64,000 bases of DNA from Ruditapes philippinarum (Eukaryota): contig NW_026864520.1 of assembly GCF_026571515.1 (NCBI RefSeq), forward strand, positions 310,001 to 374,000, read 5' to 3'. The position numbers and the translations under genes were made by a program. Shown one piece after another: positions 1-13,900 of the stretch. Each line of letters starts with the position of its first letter. Position 1 is the stretch's first letter. The notes under the pieces were generated by a model. It was not told the origin of the DNA. It saw only the letters and a list, made by a program, of their open reading frames with translations, and made no database searches.

Positions 1-100
1 TCTAGTTTGACCTCGCGAGGTCACCACTAGTAGCGCTGTTTATTTATGTGTAATTTTCGTAGTGGGAGCGGGGAACGTAAGCCGGATTTTCAGAAATAAC
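1..100 (+). promoter_or_regulatory. Probable promoter and non-coding first exon of the carrier gene
   Basis: Locally CpG-rich; perfect palindrome TGACCTCGCGAGGTCA at 8-23; candidate donor AAC|gtaagc at 77 could splice to the acceptor at 1664. Confidence 0.45.
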
Positions 101-1710
101 CAAACTTGGAGCGTTTTATCTGCATTATTTTGGTGAGACACTTGTTTATTTTAACATACAATGTTAAGTTTATTGTCTGTCATTTTTTTTTATTCATGCT
201 GCACTTTAGAAAAGAATTTTTTTATATCACAAAATTCGAGACGGGTCACGTAGACAGTCGCGAAATTGTATGACATAATTGAAGACTTGAGAGAAAAGCA
301 TATGTTGTTCTGAAAAATAATTTATTCAAGTGTGAATAAATGAGAAATTATTGCTGTGTTTACTTCGTCTTCTTGGAATATAGTTTTGACGCATTGCGGG
401 TGTTTTGTCTTCGTTGCATATATTGTATCAAATTACTGAGGGTCGTTTAGGGTAAATTGACACATTTTACTACAAGAATTCCGGCAATCTCCTGGATTAG
501 ACCCCTATGTATATTTCAAAAATAAAACAGAAAGTCACAATGAAACTCGTCATATATATGTACACCTGGTTTAGACAATGGGGATTCCACTACACATTTA
601 GTAGTTTAGGAAATGTTTTTATAGTATTACTGCAGTACTGTAGTGCTGAAGGATGGTCCCCTATGGTACCACTGTACTTATTATTTCCAGTAAATTGTAC
701 AAATAAAAATATCTTATATTTACTATTTTATTGAATTGTGTTTAGCCCTCGCATCTTGACTTTAAAATACACATGTCTATCATAGAATAACTCAATGATT
801 TTAATTAGAAACATCTATGGTCGGTCAGCCATGTTTAGAATGGGAGCTTATACGGAGAGCACTATGGTACCGTGGTATGTTAATTGATGGCCCTTTTTGG
901 CTTCAGTATAATTGTTTGTAACAGAATATGCTGTCATTACAGTTTCAGCAGACAACTTTCATCTGTTGGAACATGAAATTATAAGTTAAACTGTTAAATA
1001 TGGGGTAAAATAAAGAAGTTTTTTCAGCACACACAGGCAGCTTTCGATTTTCCTATGAATGACAAACTTTATTTGAAATGAAAAAAAATTTTAACAATTT
1101 TTATCCAAATTCACAAAAGCAGCACTTCCACTTTCACTTTAATGGTGGAAACAGTATTTGGTGACATTCAATCGTCAATCAATGTGTAAAGAAACAAATT
1201 TTCTGATTACATCGGAATGGGCAAGGACGCGGTACCAGCGGGGAGTACTATATTATAATTTCTATTGAATGAAAACTTTCAAAAGAAGTTAATGTCATTA
1301 TGGAAATCACCAATTAATCTTAACTCTGGTCGTCTTCCTCAATGGACCTTGAATTTTGCACAATAAAATTACCACTCAGATGGTAAAGTGTTTGCTAGCT
1401 AAATGTCTGCACAGTTGCACATACCCAACCCCCGTCTCCCTTATTTTGATGCTGACAGGTCTTAATGTTCGAATCATTGAAAAATGTTATATTTAAACTA
1501 ATAGGTATGTGATAAAGGATAAATTAGAATTGTTTAAAATTAATAAAGAACATGTCTGCTTTGTTATGTATGTAAACTTTATTTGGCAGCAGAATGTACT
1601 TGTTACTCAAGCATGCATTTATGTACAATTATCATATGTGAGTATTCTTTTCGCTTCTTTTCAGAGTTTCCTTGAAAAGGTTTTTTTATACGTAAGGCTC
1701 TCGGCATTTA

Positions 1711-1925
1711 ATGGGGCGAAAACTTAACTGGGAACCATTTTTGTTTGGTGGATTAGCATCGGTGACTGCTGAATGTGGAACTTTTCCAATAGATACAACG
1801 AAAATTCGTTTACAAGTTCAAGGTCAGACAATAGATGCAAGATTAACTCAGTTGAAGTACAATGGCATGATCCATGCCTTCTATAGAATCTTTAGAGAGG
1901 AAGGAATAACTGCGTTATACTCAGG
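1711..1925 (+). CDS. SLC25A30: Carrier coding exon 1 ([10 protein letters not shown]...ALYSG)
   Basis: Acceptor ttttcag ends at 1664, ATG at 1711, donor GG|gtaag, phase 2. Confidence 0.95.
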
Positions 1926-4900
1926 GTAAGAATCTTCATTATTTTGTAACTTTTTACACCATGAAATTGATCAATAGATTGAAGGCATATTTTACATGTC
2001 CTTTCTTGTCTCTTTGAGGACAACATGGGTATAAATAAATTTTCTTTTGCTAAAATACTCCCACAAATGATTACACTGGACAAGAGATTTATGTTGAAGC
2101 TTTGAAATAATTATGATGACCTTTACCAATGGACCTAAAGATAATATATTTAAGTTCTGTGAATTTTTCAGGATAGCACCGGCGTTACTGCGTCAGGCAA
2201 GCTATGGGACTATAAAGATTGGTGTTTATCACTACATGAAAAGACTTTTCGCTGAATCAGAAAAAGGTAAAGTAAATGTTTTTAAATTCTGATAAGTTCA
2301 GTTAGTGCATTTAGATTGTCACATATCAGACCTTTCCCAGTGTCATCACAGGTCAGGCTATCAGACCCATTCCCAATTGCAAATATATCATTATATGCCA
2401 AAAATTTCTCAAACTCAATCCAGGTGCTTTTTCCCAAAATGTATGTTATTTGTTACTGGATATCTCTAGTTCAAGTTCCAACAAAAAAGAATAAAATACA
2501 TTTTTAAATGTTATTTTGAAAATATCTAGATGGACCCATTTATTTGAGCTGTACTGGGAATAAATTGGAAGAGGCCTTCCTCTTTATGCCCTACAATATT
2601 ACATATAATTCATCAAACAGATTATCAATTTAACTACTAGCAGTCATATTATTAATAACACATCATGCAGTGACATAGTGCTGCAAGTAAGTTTGACTCG
2701 GTATGGACTTTACACAGAAATTTCCATGTCCTGTACTTGACCCTTCAAAAAAAAAACCATGTTCCGAATTTAACTTTTCAAACTTTCAATTTATAACTGT
2801 TGAAAAGTAGGGCTGTCATTGATGGAAAATTTTGTATCAATATATATATATCGAGAGTCAAATATTGATGATATATAGATATATTGTCTTTGACAGTAGA
2901 TACAATGGAAAACATTTAAATATGTGTTATAAATTGGGATCATAGTGTTATGCATGCCTGTATTAGACATTACAAATACTAAAAACTAACAGAAAGTTTG
3001 TTTATCTGTTATTTTTGTCATTTACATTTGAAAAGTTTTAGTTTAAAGTTTAAGTTAGCCAAGAAAACTGGGAAAAGTGACTTCATATATTGATATTTAT
3101 TCAATGACAGCCATAATTGAATGAGTACAAGTGGCACTGGCAGAATGATAATGCACTTAATAATAGTATATTTTTACTACTGAAAACTCAAATATGGCCA
3201 CAAGCAGAATAAACTAGTTTAATAAAGGTCAGGCTATCATATTGATTTTCCTATAGACTTATATTCTGAAAAATGGTCCCTAATCATACCGTAAAATAGA
3301 ATTTTTATGCTAAAGAGGCGAGTTTTCTAGGAGAATGAAATGTCTGACACATAAAAATTATCTTTTCATATAGGAGAAGCCAACCAAATTTTTGCAAAAT
3401 GACTTCAAAGAGTATTATGCCCCTTTCCATTGAAGTTTTTTGCTGATCACAGGACTGGACTTACATACACTTTTTATATATACTTATACAACATGTTTGC
3501 CTTTTCTATAAAAAACAACAGTAAAAAAACCTTAAAGTCTGCAGAGTTTGCTAATTTATTCTGCTTGACTGTAATATCAAAAATTAAATCCATTTCGGCT
3601 CGAATTATACGTTTGTCCCGACTGCCCGTGACATACGTAAAGCTATTGGTCCGGGCAGTATTCTTGAAAGCACCTTTCCACAGGGCAAGTCAAAATAAAA
3701 TTCCGGGGGGGTTCAGCTCGCCCTTAAAACTACCGCCCGGTCAGCTCGGCCCCTTACCAACTCGGGCACGGGTCAGACTCGGGGCCCACTTTTCAATTAT
3801 TATATTATTTTTGTAATCACTATTTTTATAATATCTTGTAATTAGTTAAATACACGGATAATTTTCAGCTTTTTGACAATTAGAAACAAATTAATGAAAT
3901 TGGGTTAAAAGACATTAAAGGACTCTTATGTCACAGGCTATTATTATCAATCAGTGTGTTCGTAAAGGATACCGATTAATTACGGTGATATATTATGATT
4001 GACGCATTCATTCTAAAATTGAATTAGTGACCACCTGCAATTAATTAGAAGTCCTTAATTTATGATATTAAGTAAACAAAGTTTTTGTTTGATATTTTTT
4101 TTAATATTACTACGTTAAATATATTTTTTTAAAGTGGGCCGAGTTGACCCGTGCCGAGTTGACCCGTGCCGAGTTGGTATAGGGCCGAGTTGACTCTTTT
4201 CCAAAATAAAAAGCATCATTGACAAAATGCATGTACAAAATGAATAGAAATAACATCTTTTCATTTATAAACATCTTTAAAACAAAAATACACCATGAAT
4301 TATTATCAATAATGTGAATATACTACGGTCATGTACATTTGTTGATATAGGAAACGGAAGCAAAAATATGAGCATGCGCCGCGGTAAGGTAATTCTCTGT
4401 TCTAATAATAGACTATATCTAATTTTGTACAAGGTAATTCCCGGGTTTATGCTGTTGTTTAAATTTTGATGTTTGCATGTAAAGATATCATTGAAAATAT
4501 GTAGATAATCATATTGATCTTTAAATATAATTGTTAAATAAAGTTTTTGCATTAAAAATGATTATGTTTAATCTAAATATAACAACATTATGAACTTAGT
4601 AAACGAAGACTCGTTTACGGATGTTGACTTGATGATTTTGAACGGGGAATTTCCTTACCGCGGCGCATGCTCATATTTTTCCTTCCGTTTCCTATATCAA
4701 CAAATGTACATGACCGTAGTATTATTCACATTGAATAAACAGATGAACGATGTTTTTAGAAAACTACTAAATATACAAAAAATATTTATGAGCTTGTTTG
4801 TTTTTCTGATTTATACATTTTTTACCATTTTTAGGTCAGGACAAGTAAGTCTTAGGTCACGGGCAAGTAGTTTTAAAAACTACTTGCCCGACAGGACAAC

Positions 4901-7900
4901 CTGATTCAAAAGTTAATGTCTAGGCCTGTGATCATAAGTATTCAGTTCATAGTCAAAATTTTATCACAATATTTTTCATAAAAAGTAGATCCTAGATACT
5001 CCAGAGTGAGCAATTAAAATAAATTTCATGAACTAAAATCTTCATGCATGAAAATATATATTGTAATAGAAAAGCTGTGCATCATTGAAAGTTACTACTC
5101 ATTGATAAATGAGAGATCTATGGAAAAGTTCAACACTATATGCAAATTAAAAAGTCACAATTTTTGACTCCATTGTAGATAAAATTTGACTAGTCAACGA
5201 AATAGCATCTTCGTTCAACAGTGTGACACAGTTACCCTAGTTAATGACATAGTTATCATGCATTTGTCATGAAATTGAACTTTTAAAATTTGTAAAAGTT
5301 CAATGATGTATATTGTGTACTAAACAATGAAAACCAGTAGTTCAACAGCAGAGGTGATCAATAGTTCAGACGGTGGTAGAAAATTTGCTGAATTATTGAT
5401 AATGAAGTCATCTATATGTATATATTTAGGGCAATGGTTGAACTTGATGCCCTTGTGATGGAAAAGTCATGCACTTTTCAAGCTGAATACAGAAATATTT
5501 GCAAAAGATAAGCAAGAAATATACTTGAAAATAAATTGAAAAAAATATTTTTGTGCATTCTTAGTCTGATTTGAGTGAAAAGTGTAGCAACGCTTTTCAA
5601 TTTTTCTGGAAAAAAAACGGCATGGGCGTATAATCTAAAATTTTGTACACAAGTTATTGGTGTAGATCTACATCAGATGAAACATTTATCAAGCAAAATT
5701 ATTTCTACAGTCCTGTCATGTCAAGAAAACCTCAGTGGAGCCCTTTAATAAACAGAAAATTAAAGTTGTTTTCTATAAATACTGGATTTTTTTCCCATCT
5801 TTTATGTTCATCTTGTGGTATGTAAATTATTGTATTTCGACAACTGCCACTTGAAAATAAATCCTGTATTTTATATGTAGAACAATGTTGAATATCCCCC
5901 ATAGAGAACAAGAGAAACGATTCATGAATTGTAGATTGAAAACAGAAACAGTAATAAAAGATAATTAAATATTTGAAGTGGCTTTCAATAACATGGTTTT
6001 TTACAGGTGAATCAGTTCAGGAACCAAAAAAATAACTATATTTGAAGTAATCAATCCTATATCATATGTTACATAACTGCTTGTATATAAGGTAGATCAT
6101 TGAAGTTATGAGTCATTCATTTCAGCAGTGATTTCCTAGAAAGCAAGTTAATATTATAAAACAATTTTTTTTGCTGTGTATCATATAAAGTTTCCAGATC
6201 TAAAGCTTATAGGCCCAATAAAATTATATAGCTATTGCATGACTGTAATAAAATATGCCATGTCAGAGCGTTGTTACTGTAAGTTTGTACTGCGGACTGG
6301 TCGGGGAAATTCCCATTTTTCCTAAATTCCAGAGTAACTGTATATTGAATTAAAGTTAACCGATCCAGTGTATAAAATTGAATTAAGTATTTTATTATTG
6401 ATTTCATTGAATACATTTTAGTTGACAACATGAATTTGAACATATTCTCAAGGTCATATACTTTCATTGTTTTACAGATGAATCTCTACCAGTCAATGTA
6501 TTTTGTGGCATTGTGGCGGGAATCGTGTCCAGCTCGGTGGCAAATCCAACAGATGTACTCAAGGTAAGGACAGTCATGTATAATCAGTCATTTGGGTAGA
6601 ATTTTTTTATTTTTTAAAGACATTCTACTAACCTAATGTAGTACGGCACACTCCTTTTAGCAAATATGAATGAATTTTGAATAAGTTTGTGGTCAATTTT
6701 ATTTATTTTCAGTAGACTGTTGTCCAGATAATATCTATAAGTTAGCACTAAAGTTTGGGTTTCAGTCTGTTAATTTTTACAACACAGACCTAATTATATT
6801 GGGCTTAAGAAGTACTTGCAGACAGAACAATATTTTGCCCCTTTGCATGCAAAAGAAAAAAATTGTTATTTCGGGTCTGTAGATGCTGTTGTTATTTTTT
6901 TTCGAAAATGTAAATTGTCATATAACGTCTACAATGAGATTTACACTTTGTATCTATAACATAAAATTATCAAATTTATACATATATACAAGACAATGCA
7001 CTTTAATTAGTATAAGTAAAGCGAGGCATCTGTTTGTTACCAATATGAATAATACTTAAAATTGAGGAATATTCACTTGAGACAGAATCCTATGTTTGTT
7101 AGAGAGCTAGATTATTGTTCTGTAGAAAGTTCTATATTGATTGATATAGCATGCAAAGTTACATGCCAGGGAAAATTGGCAATCTTCCTAATAGGGTGTC
7201 TTAATATTTGTCTTCAATGAACTCAGACAGTGGGGGAGGTATATGAACTTAGATTTTGAAATTGTGGCTGTCTGCAGGTTGCCTTATATTTTCCATAGCA
7301 ATTATCATATAGATATGACATGTTTTAACTCTATTTTATAGAAGATATTTTTGGAGATATTGTTCTGCTCGTCCTTGGTGTTGGTCACCCTTTTTGGTTA
7401 AGTTTTCGTTGGTGGTCATTAACTTCAATAGTGATAAAGCTATAATATTGAAACTTCTTATGTGGATACACCTTGATGAGTTAAAGGTCAAAGGTCAAGG
7501 TCATTATGACCTTTAATAGGTAATAGTTTAAGGTCAGTTTTCTCAGTTTTTGTAAAGATTAATTTTTCAAAAACTTTCAAAAGATATTCACTTTAAACTT
7601 GGAATGCAGGTTTACTATAAAAACTAAAGAACAGATAGCCCTGAAAGGCATTTTTGAATCCCACTCTTATTTTTCTATAATTTCATTATATTCTCACAAA
7701 AAATCATCACATATATTAACTTCAAACTTGAAATACTTGCAAACAATTTATCAGAAATATGCCCAGTTTTCTCATTTGCTTTCATCATACTATAAATTAT
7801 TGTGAAAAATGGAGTGCACTACCACTCAGATTGTGAAAAATGGAGTGCACTACCACTCAGATTGTGAAAAATGGAGTGCACTACCACTCAGATTGTGAAA

Positions 7901-10900
7901 AATGGAGTGCACTACCACTCAGATAGCGCTTGTAAGGAATGAGCATAAAGCATATACTTTTAGAGGACAAATGCCCCGGGCCTTTTTTTGGTAGCATTAA
8001 TAGAGAGTAAAAATACATGCAAGTTTATAACCTTTTTGTATTATAAAATGATATCTTTAATCTATTACGATATTTATTACGTACTTGAGGTTTGTAATAT
8101 TTTGTGTACACTATAATTATTATTATTGTTTGAAATGAAACATGTTTATTAGAAAAATAGGGTAACTGACTTATAATTTAGTGACTGCAGGCTTATTATT
8201 ATTGTAACTGTTTCGTAACAACAGGTTCAAAAAGTTCACTTGGATTTCTCGGTGATATTTAGAGTTCTCTTGAAACTGTGTCAGCCAAATATTAGAAAAA
8301 AAATTCATCCTGCAATACTACATTTGTTTGAGGGTGTTAGAAATTACAAGTACAAACCTTTATTCCTAAGGTGAAGGCAGTAGAAATTTGCATACAATGT
8401 TATTCAGGATCTATTTTCAAGGTGTTTGTGTACTAAGTCTATGAATGCGTGAGTAGGTAGTAATCAGGTACTCAGTGCCAGCTTAGTAAGCAACAGCGTA
8501 TTAATCTGGTAACAGCTGAGTTATCCTGAGCTTCAGTATGATATATCTCGCGGGTGACTATATTTGATAGATGACATTTCCATGGCAGAATGGGAAAAGT
8601 CGTAATCACTTGGCTTTCTGGTGATGAGTTTGAATCCTAGAGAATGTGAAATTGAATATTTTTTTGTTTGGTAAGATAGTAGCATACTTCAAAAGTCCCA
8701 AGTTTTTACCCAGGCCACTATTCAATAATTCATGGGCATTATACAAGTAAAATGTAACTGAACTTTGATTCTATTTCATAAAAGTTCAAAATGGCTTTTA
8801 ATAGTCATTATATGACCTGAAATTAGGCATCATATCTGACTAAGGATTAAATATGTATCGATGAAATTGATTTATTTTTTATATACTTTAGTTGGATTGT
8901 GATGATTATATGATACTTGCCCTGTAAGTCTGTTACCCTTAGTCTGCAGGCAGCAAAATATTTTACCATTGCAACTTAAGTGCAAAGTGAAACAGTCGTC
9001 CGGTTCTCTGTACATATTTTGAATTTTCCATCAAAATAATGTATGGCATTACATGGGCAATTTTAGTTTGGTGAGGGTTAAACGATTGCTATAACAAGAA
9101 GTTTAGTTTATGGTATTGTGGATCATTATGTGTAAATATCTCCAAGCTGAGAGTCTGTGAAATCTTATAATTGACTTTCCAGTGATTTATGATATAATGT
9201 ATGTGTAGCACTAGTTATAACCACTGTGTGGAGAAAGTTGCAACTTTAACATATAGTATAATATGTATGCCTATGCATTTAAGTTGTGGAATAATTTCTA
9301 AAAATCCACTTTAAAGAAAAATACTTGACATCATTTATCATTTATGTCAAGTGAACTTCATAAGTTATCATTTCAAGGAAGAATAAGAATACAGTTTTAA
9401 CATTCCATTTTTGAAAACTTCGGACAGAAACAAGGAAGTGGTTAGTACAAAAAAATTCCCCTTAGGCAAATTTATGAAACTGAAAATGATATAGGACTTT
9501 GATGTGAATTTAATTTATTATTTTGTCTCCAAAGTCACCATTAACATATTTCAGTCTGAATTTTAATATATATTATCTAAAAGTGACTTAATACCTGCAG
9601 TTTCCATATTATTAAATTATGAAAAAGTAAACAAAGACTTTATACATGTATATATATAACATTTTCTTACATAAAAACCCAGCTGTTGAAAGTACATCAA
9701 TGACCTAAAATTTGTTAATTAAAAGAAAAAAATGTTTTTAATGTAAATATTAATTGACTACCTATTATCTTTCAGACAAATTTGTATTGAATTGGAGAAT
9801 AGCATTTTATTATGCCCTAAAACCTTGATATTGTTTGCCAAGTTTTACATGATGTTAATGTTTAAAGTATATATTAAATTATTAAAATAATAAACAGTCA
9901 GATGGAAAGATTTGGCAAATGATATAATGTGTATAAAAATCACTAGGTCGAGACATTCTATGTAATGGATTGAATGACATCAAATTTAAGAAATATGATG
10001 ATCATGTATATTTTAAGAAATAAATTTAGAAGGAAAATGTCATTTTGTTATGCCTCTTTTGAGAGCAAAATGCAAGGAAAATAAATATTTGTGTTTATAC
10101 ATGGCAACTGTAGATTTATCAGTGTGTCAGTTAGAAATGACTTTTCAAAATAAGTGATGACAATTTTCTTTTCCATGTTTCTTTAGTGATTACTTTGAAA
10201 TTATTTGATAAATAAAGTTGTCTGTTTAACATGTAGTTTGGGTTTAATAATAAGTTTTAACTATAGCCATTGATAAAAACATTTTATTTGTGAAAACCAA
10301 TTTTATTTAATGTGCATTAATTTCTCATTGGTATTTATTTCATGTCTTAAAATACCATTAAATTATTTGTTATCTGGATTGTTTCCATGTGGTTATAATA
10401 TAATTTAAGGGTAGTTTAATCCATAAAGTTATTTGGCTTTAAAATGAAATCAATTGTATTTAACAATTGAATATTGTAAATAATTTTAAAATTCCAAATT
10501 TTGAAACAGACTATAGAAATTATTTTGAGACTAGTTTGACCTTAAAGGTCACAGCTCATTCATAAATGGTATTCTACTCTATTAACCAGGAGGCCCCCTG
10601 GCAACTTTCCAGTTAAATAATTGTTTGCAAACACCTAGTAACCTACACTACAAGCATTTACATTTTGAAAAGCTTTGATATTTCTTACTTCAATGCAAAA
10701 TTTTGATTTAAAGGGAGATAATAAAATGTTATTCATTAAGTGTTTTCATGAATTGAGGTATTCAACGGTAGCCTAATGTAGGTTTCTAGATGCAATTAGA
10801 TAAGGAAGCTTGGGACTACTTTCAACTTTTAAACATGAATCAATTACAAGAAAAAAAAGTTGTAAAGGGAATGTAGTTTTTTATTGAAGATAAACCTATT

Positions 10901-13900
10901 AATGGATTTAAATTTTCAGTCTGTCAGTAACCAATTTATAATTGGCAGGGGATTAGAGTTTGTCTTTGTATATACATTTATTAAGTTATTTCTTCAGTTT
11001 GTAACTGCGTAGGTATACACTCCTATTCTCCATATCACTATGATACAAAATACCTTTTGGAATGCTGTCAATATAAAACTAATGATTTGGCTTTATACCA
11101 AAATTGCTGTCATTTATGTAAATAAATAACACAGAAAAGGGCAATCCAGTTCATTTTCCTTGGTTCCAATATTGATATATTTCTGGGCTTATAAGCCTTA
11201 TTTGATTGAAATAAATTGTCTGTCTGTCTATTTAGCAAACAAAATTCAAATTATATAAATTGATTTAATTATGTGTCATATATTGAAACTGAAGTTTTTT
11301 ACACCATTGTTGGCTTATGATAGGACTGAATAACAGTTTTGAGTCGGAAGGTGAACTGGAATGATAGGCTTCTTACTCAAGCATACACTTTACTGTAATA
11401 AGCTTAGCAAAGCTTCTATTCAGTCCTCTCTGTTAACTGTGTATATATGTATGTATATATATAATATATATATAAATACTCATGTGTATGTATTTTGACT
11501 ATTTTCTACCATTTCTACTATGCTAACAGCTATACTAAGGACTTACAGGTCAAGAGACTGTTTACTTATTAATAAGCACAAGAAGATCCTAAGGCAGTCA
11601 TTAACCGATGTTTCCATCGCCCTTATACTGTTGCCATGTTTCATGTACATGCAATATTAATGTATTAATAAAACATTGATAACTTAATGCTGGAAAGGTG
11701 AATTCCTTGCCTACGGATCTATATAATATTAATTAATTCTGTAGCTGAAGTGAAACAGGTTTTTTTGAGAATCAATTAAATACCATTTTTGACCTCAGGT
11801 TACCTCTCCTGCAATTGTTACAGTGAACCATGTTACAGTACCATACACCCTGAACCAAACCTGCAAGCACAACCAGAGTACCATTTATCTTAACCAACAA
11901 GCTTAAAACCCATGTGCCAGTTGGGGTTATACTTTAAACTCTCTACAGATCAAATAGTAATTCGCTAGAAAATGATTCTAGGATGTTTAATCCCCTTGCC
12001 TGCCTCCCAACCCCCACACCCCAACATTTGCCCCCTCATTTTGCTGTGGCTGACATTTTTTGAACCCAGATAGGAATAAGCCCATGGAACGATTTGCAGG
12101 GTATTTTACCTGGCTAAAAGGGTTATAAGAAAGAATTGTATTGTTTTAATATTGTAAAAATTTTGTTATTATAACTAAAGCGTAATACCCAAGAAGGTAA
12201 TTTCCCGATTTCAACCGATGAATTTAGTGTATTTTTGTATTTATAAAACATGTAATCATAAAATTTTTATGACTATTTGAGGACATACAATACTTGGCAT
12301 TCATTTTAGAGTTGAAAGAATTGCTTATCACTGGTATTTTAAGAGCAAGCTTGGCATTTTTTCAAATTTGAGAACTTGATATATGTTGTCACCTCAGTGC
12401 AGTAACGCAGTAAGTCCAATTAATTAATATAAGGAGTTAATCCATTACTGCATAAAGGAGACAATGTATTATATCGTATAACAATGTAAATCTATATTGG
12501 GCTTACATGGTTCAATATTATCTTAGATAGAAGTCATCACTATAATTAACTGTTTTGAATTGGTACAAAAAAGATTATTATGTTATTTTTAAAAGAAATG
12601 ACACGCTGTCATTTGAACGAATTAAATCAATATACAATTGTAAAAGAATTTTTAAGTTTGATCCACTTTAGAAAATCTGGGTTAATTATTGTTCAAAATA
12701 GTTATTTCAGTAGCATGGCCTTGGTTTAAAAGATATCAGTTTATCAAAATATGACTTTAGAGGTCCGATAGGCTGTTGTATATAGGTGACTTCTAAACTT
12801 TGATTACTGGGTTTGAATCCTATTCAAGACTTAGAAATCTATAACAAGGCTTGTGAATAAACACAGAGGCATACTGATTATACAGAGCTAAACTAGGTTG
12901 TGCTATTTTGCTGCAATAAAAATATTTTCTTTCTCTCTGTTTTGGGGTACAGTCCAGTACCGGTAGGAGAGGGATTTGGTATTGTTTTCCCAAGATCAGG
13001 GAGAAATGTTGGGACTTATGCTGCATAGATATAAAAGAGTAACAATATTTAAGTTGTTATTCAATAGATAGCTCTATTTTATTTTGCAAAAAGCAAATTT
13101 TATTATGATTTTATTTAGGGTTTCTAACTGTTGGCAGGTGTGAAATTAAAAAAAAAAAAATTAAGACAAGCTTTAAAAAAAATAATAGGAAAAAATAGAC
13201 ACTATTTTTGGTAGGGAATGATGGCAAATTTTGTAATTGAAGGCCCTCCAAAGGCCTCTTTTGTACATGTATTATAAGAATCTGTGGCCTAGTGCCGGTT
13301 AAGTTGTCTGCCCGTCAACCCAGGGATTGTGTGTTCTAGACTTAATGGGGTATGATACCAGTTCTGGTTAGATCCATTAAGCGGACTCAAAAGTTATAAT
13401 ATAACTTGTTTTGCAATCAAACTTATAAATACAGGAATGTTTAAACGAAATACTGGATAGAAACTTTAATAGTATCTGACATGAACTGTACTGCTGTGCA
13501 GAAACAAGATCTTTTTTGAGAGATATAATTATTTTTTTTGATGTGATAATAAATCAAATGGATTTTTTTTTTAATCATTTCTTTTCTGCAATTTTAGGTG
13601 TTGCACCATTTTACCCTCTGTCTTTGCTTTAATAGAAATTGTATGGTAAAATATTGACTGGGAGCAAGACATACCATGTAAAATATCTTGAACATTAACA
13701 TTCTTAATTACTGGTATTATCTGGGTCATTGGACCTATTATAACTAACCTAATAGGCTATATTTAGATGTAACATAAGAAAACAGTTTGGCAAGTGGCTA
13801 CCAATTGACCGACATTTATATCAAGATTAAATGTCCATAAACAAACTAAAAAACTAGGAAAATTCATATGCATAAATGAAAATATGTAACCACAATCTTA

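Larger units (their letters stand above)
3450..4929. mobile_element. hAT-like non-autonomous element hosting two nested MITEs
   Basis: Imperfect termini CAGGACTGGAC / GTCTAGGCCTG with subterminal GGGCAAGT/GGACAAGT motifs at both ends; related motifs recur near 22010-22080. Confidence 0.5.

Noticed and set aside
7799-7924. CRISPR-like 31-bp repeats
   Set aside because: The units are contiguous with no spacers, there are no cas genes, and the context is a eukaryotic intron.
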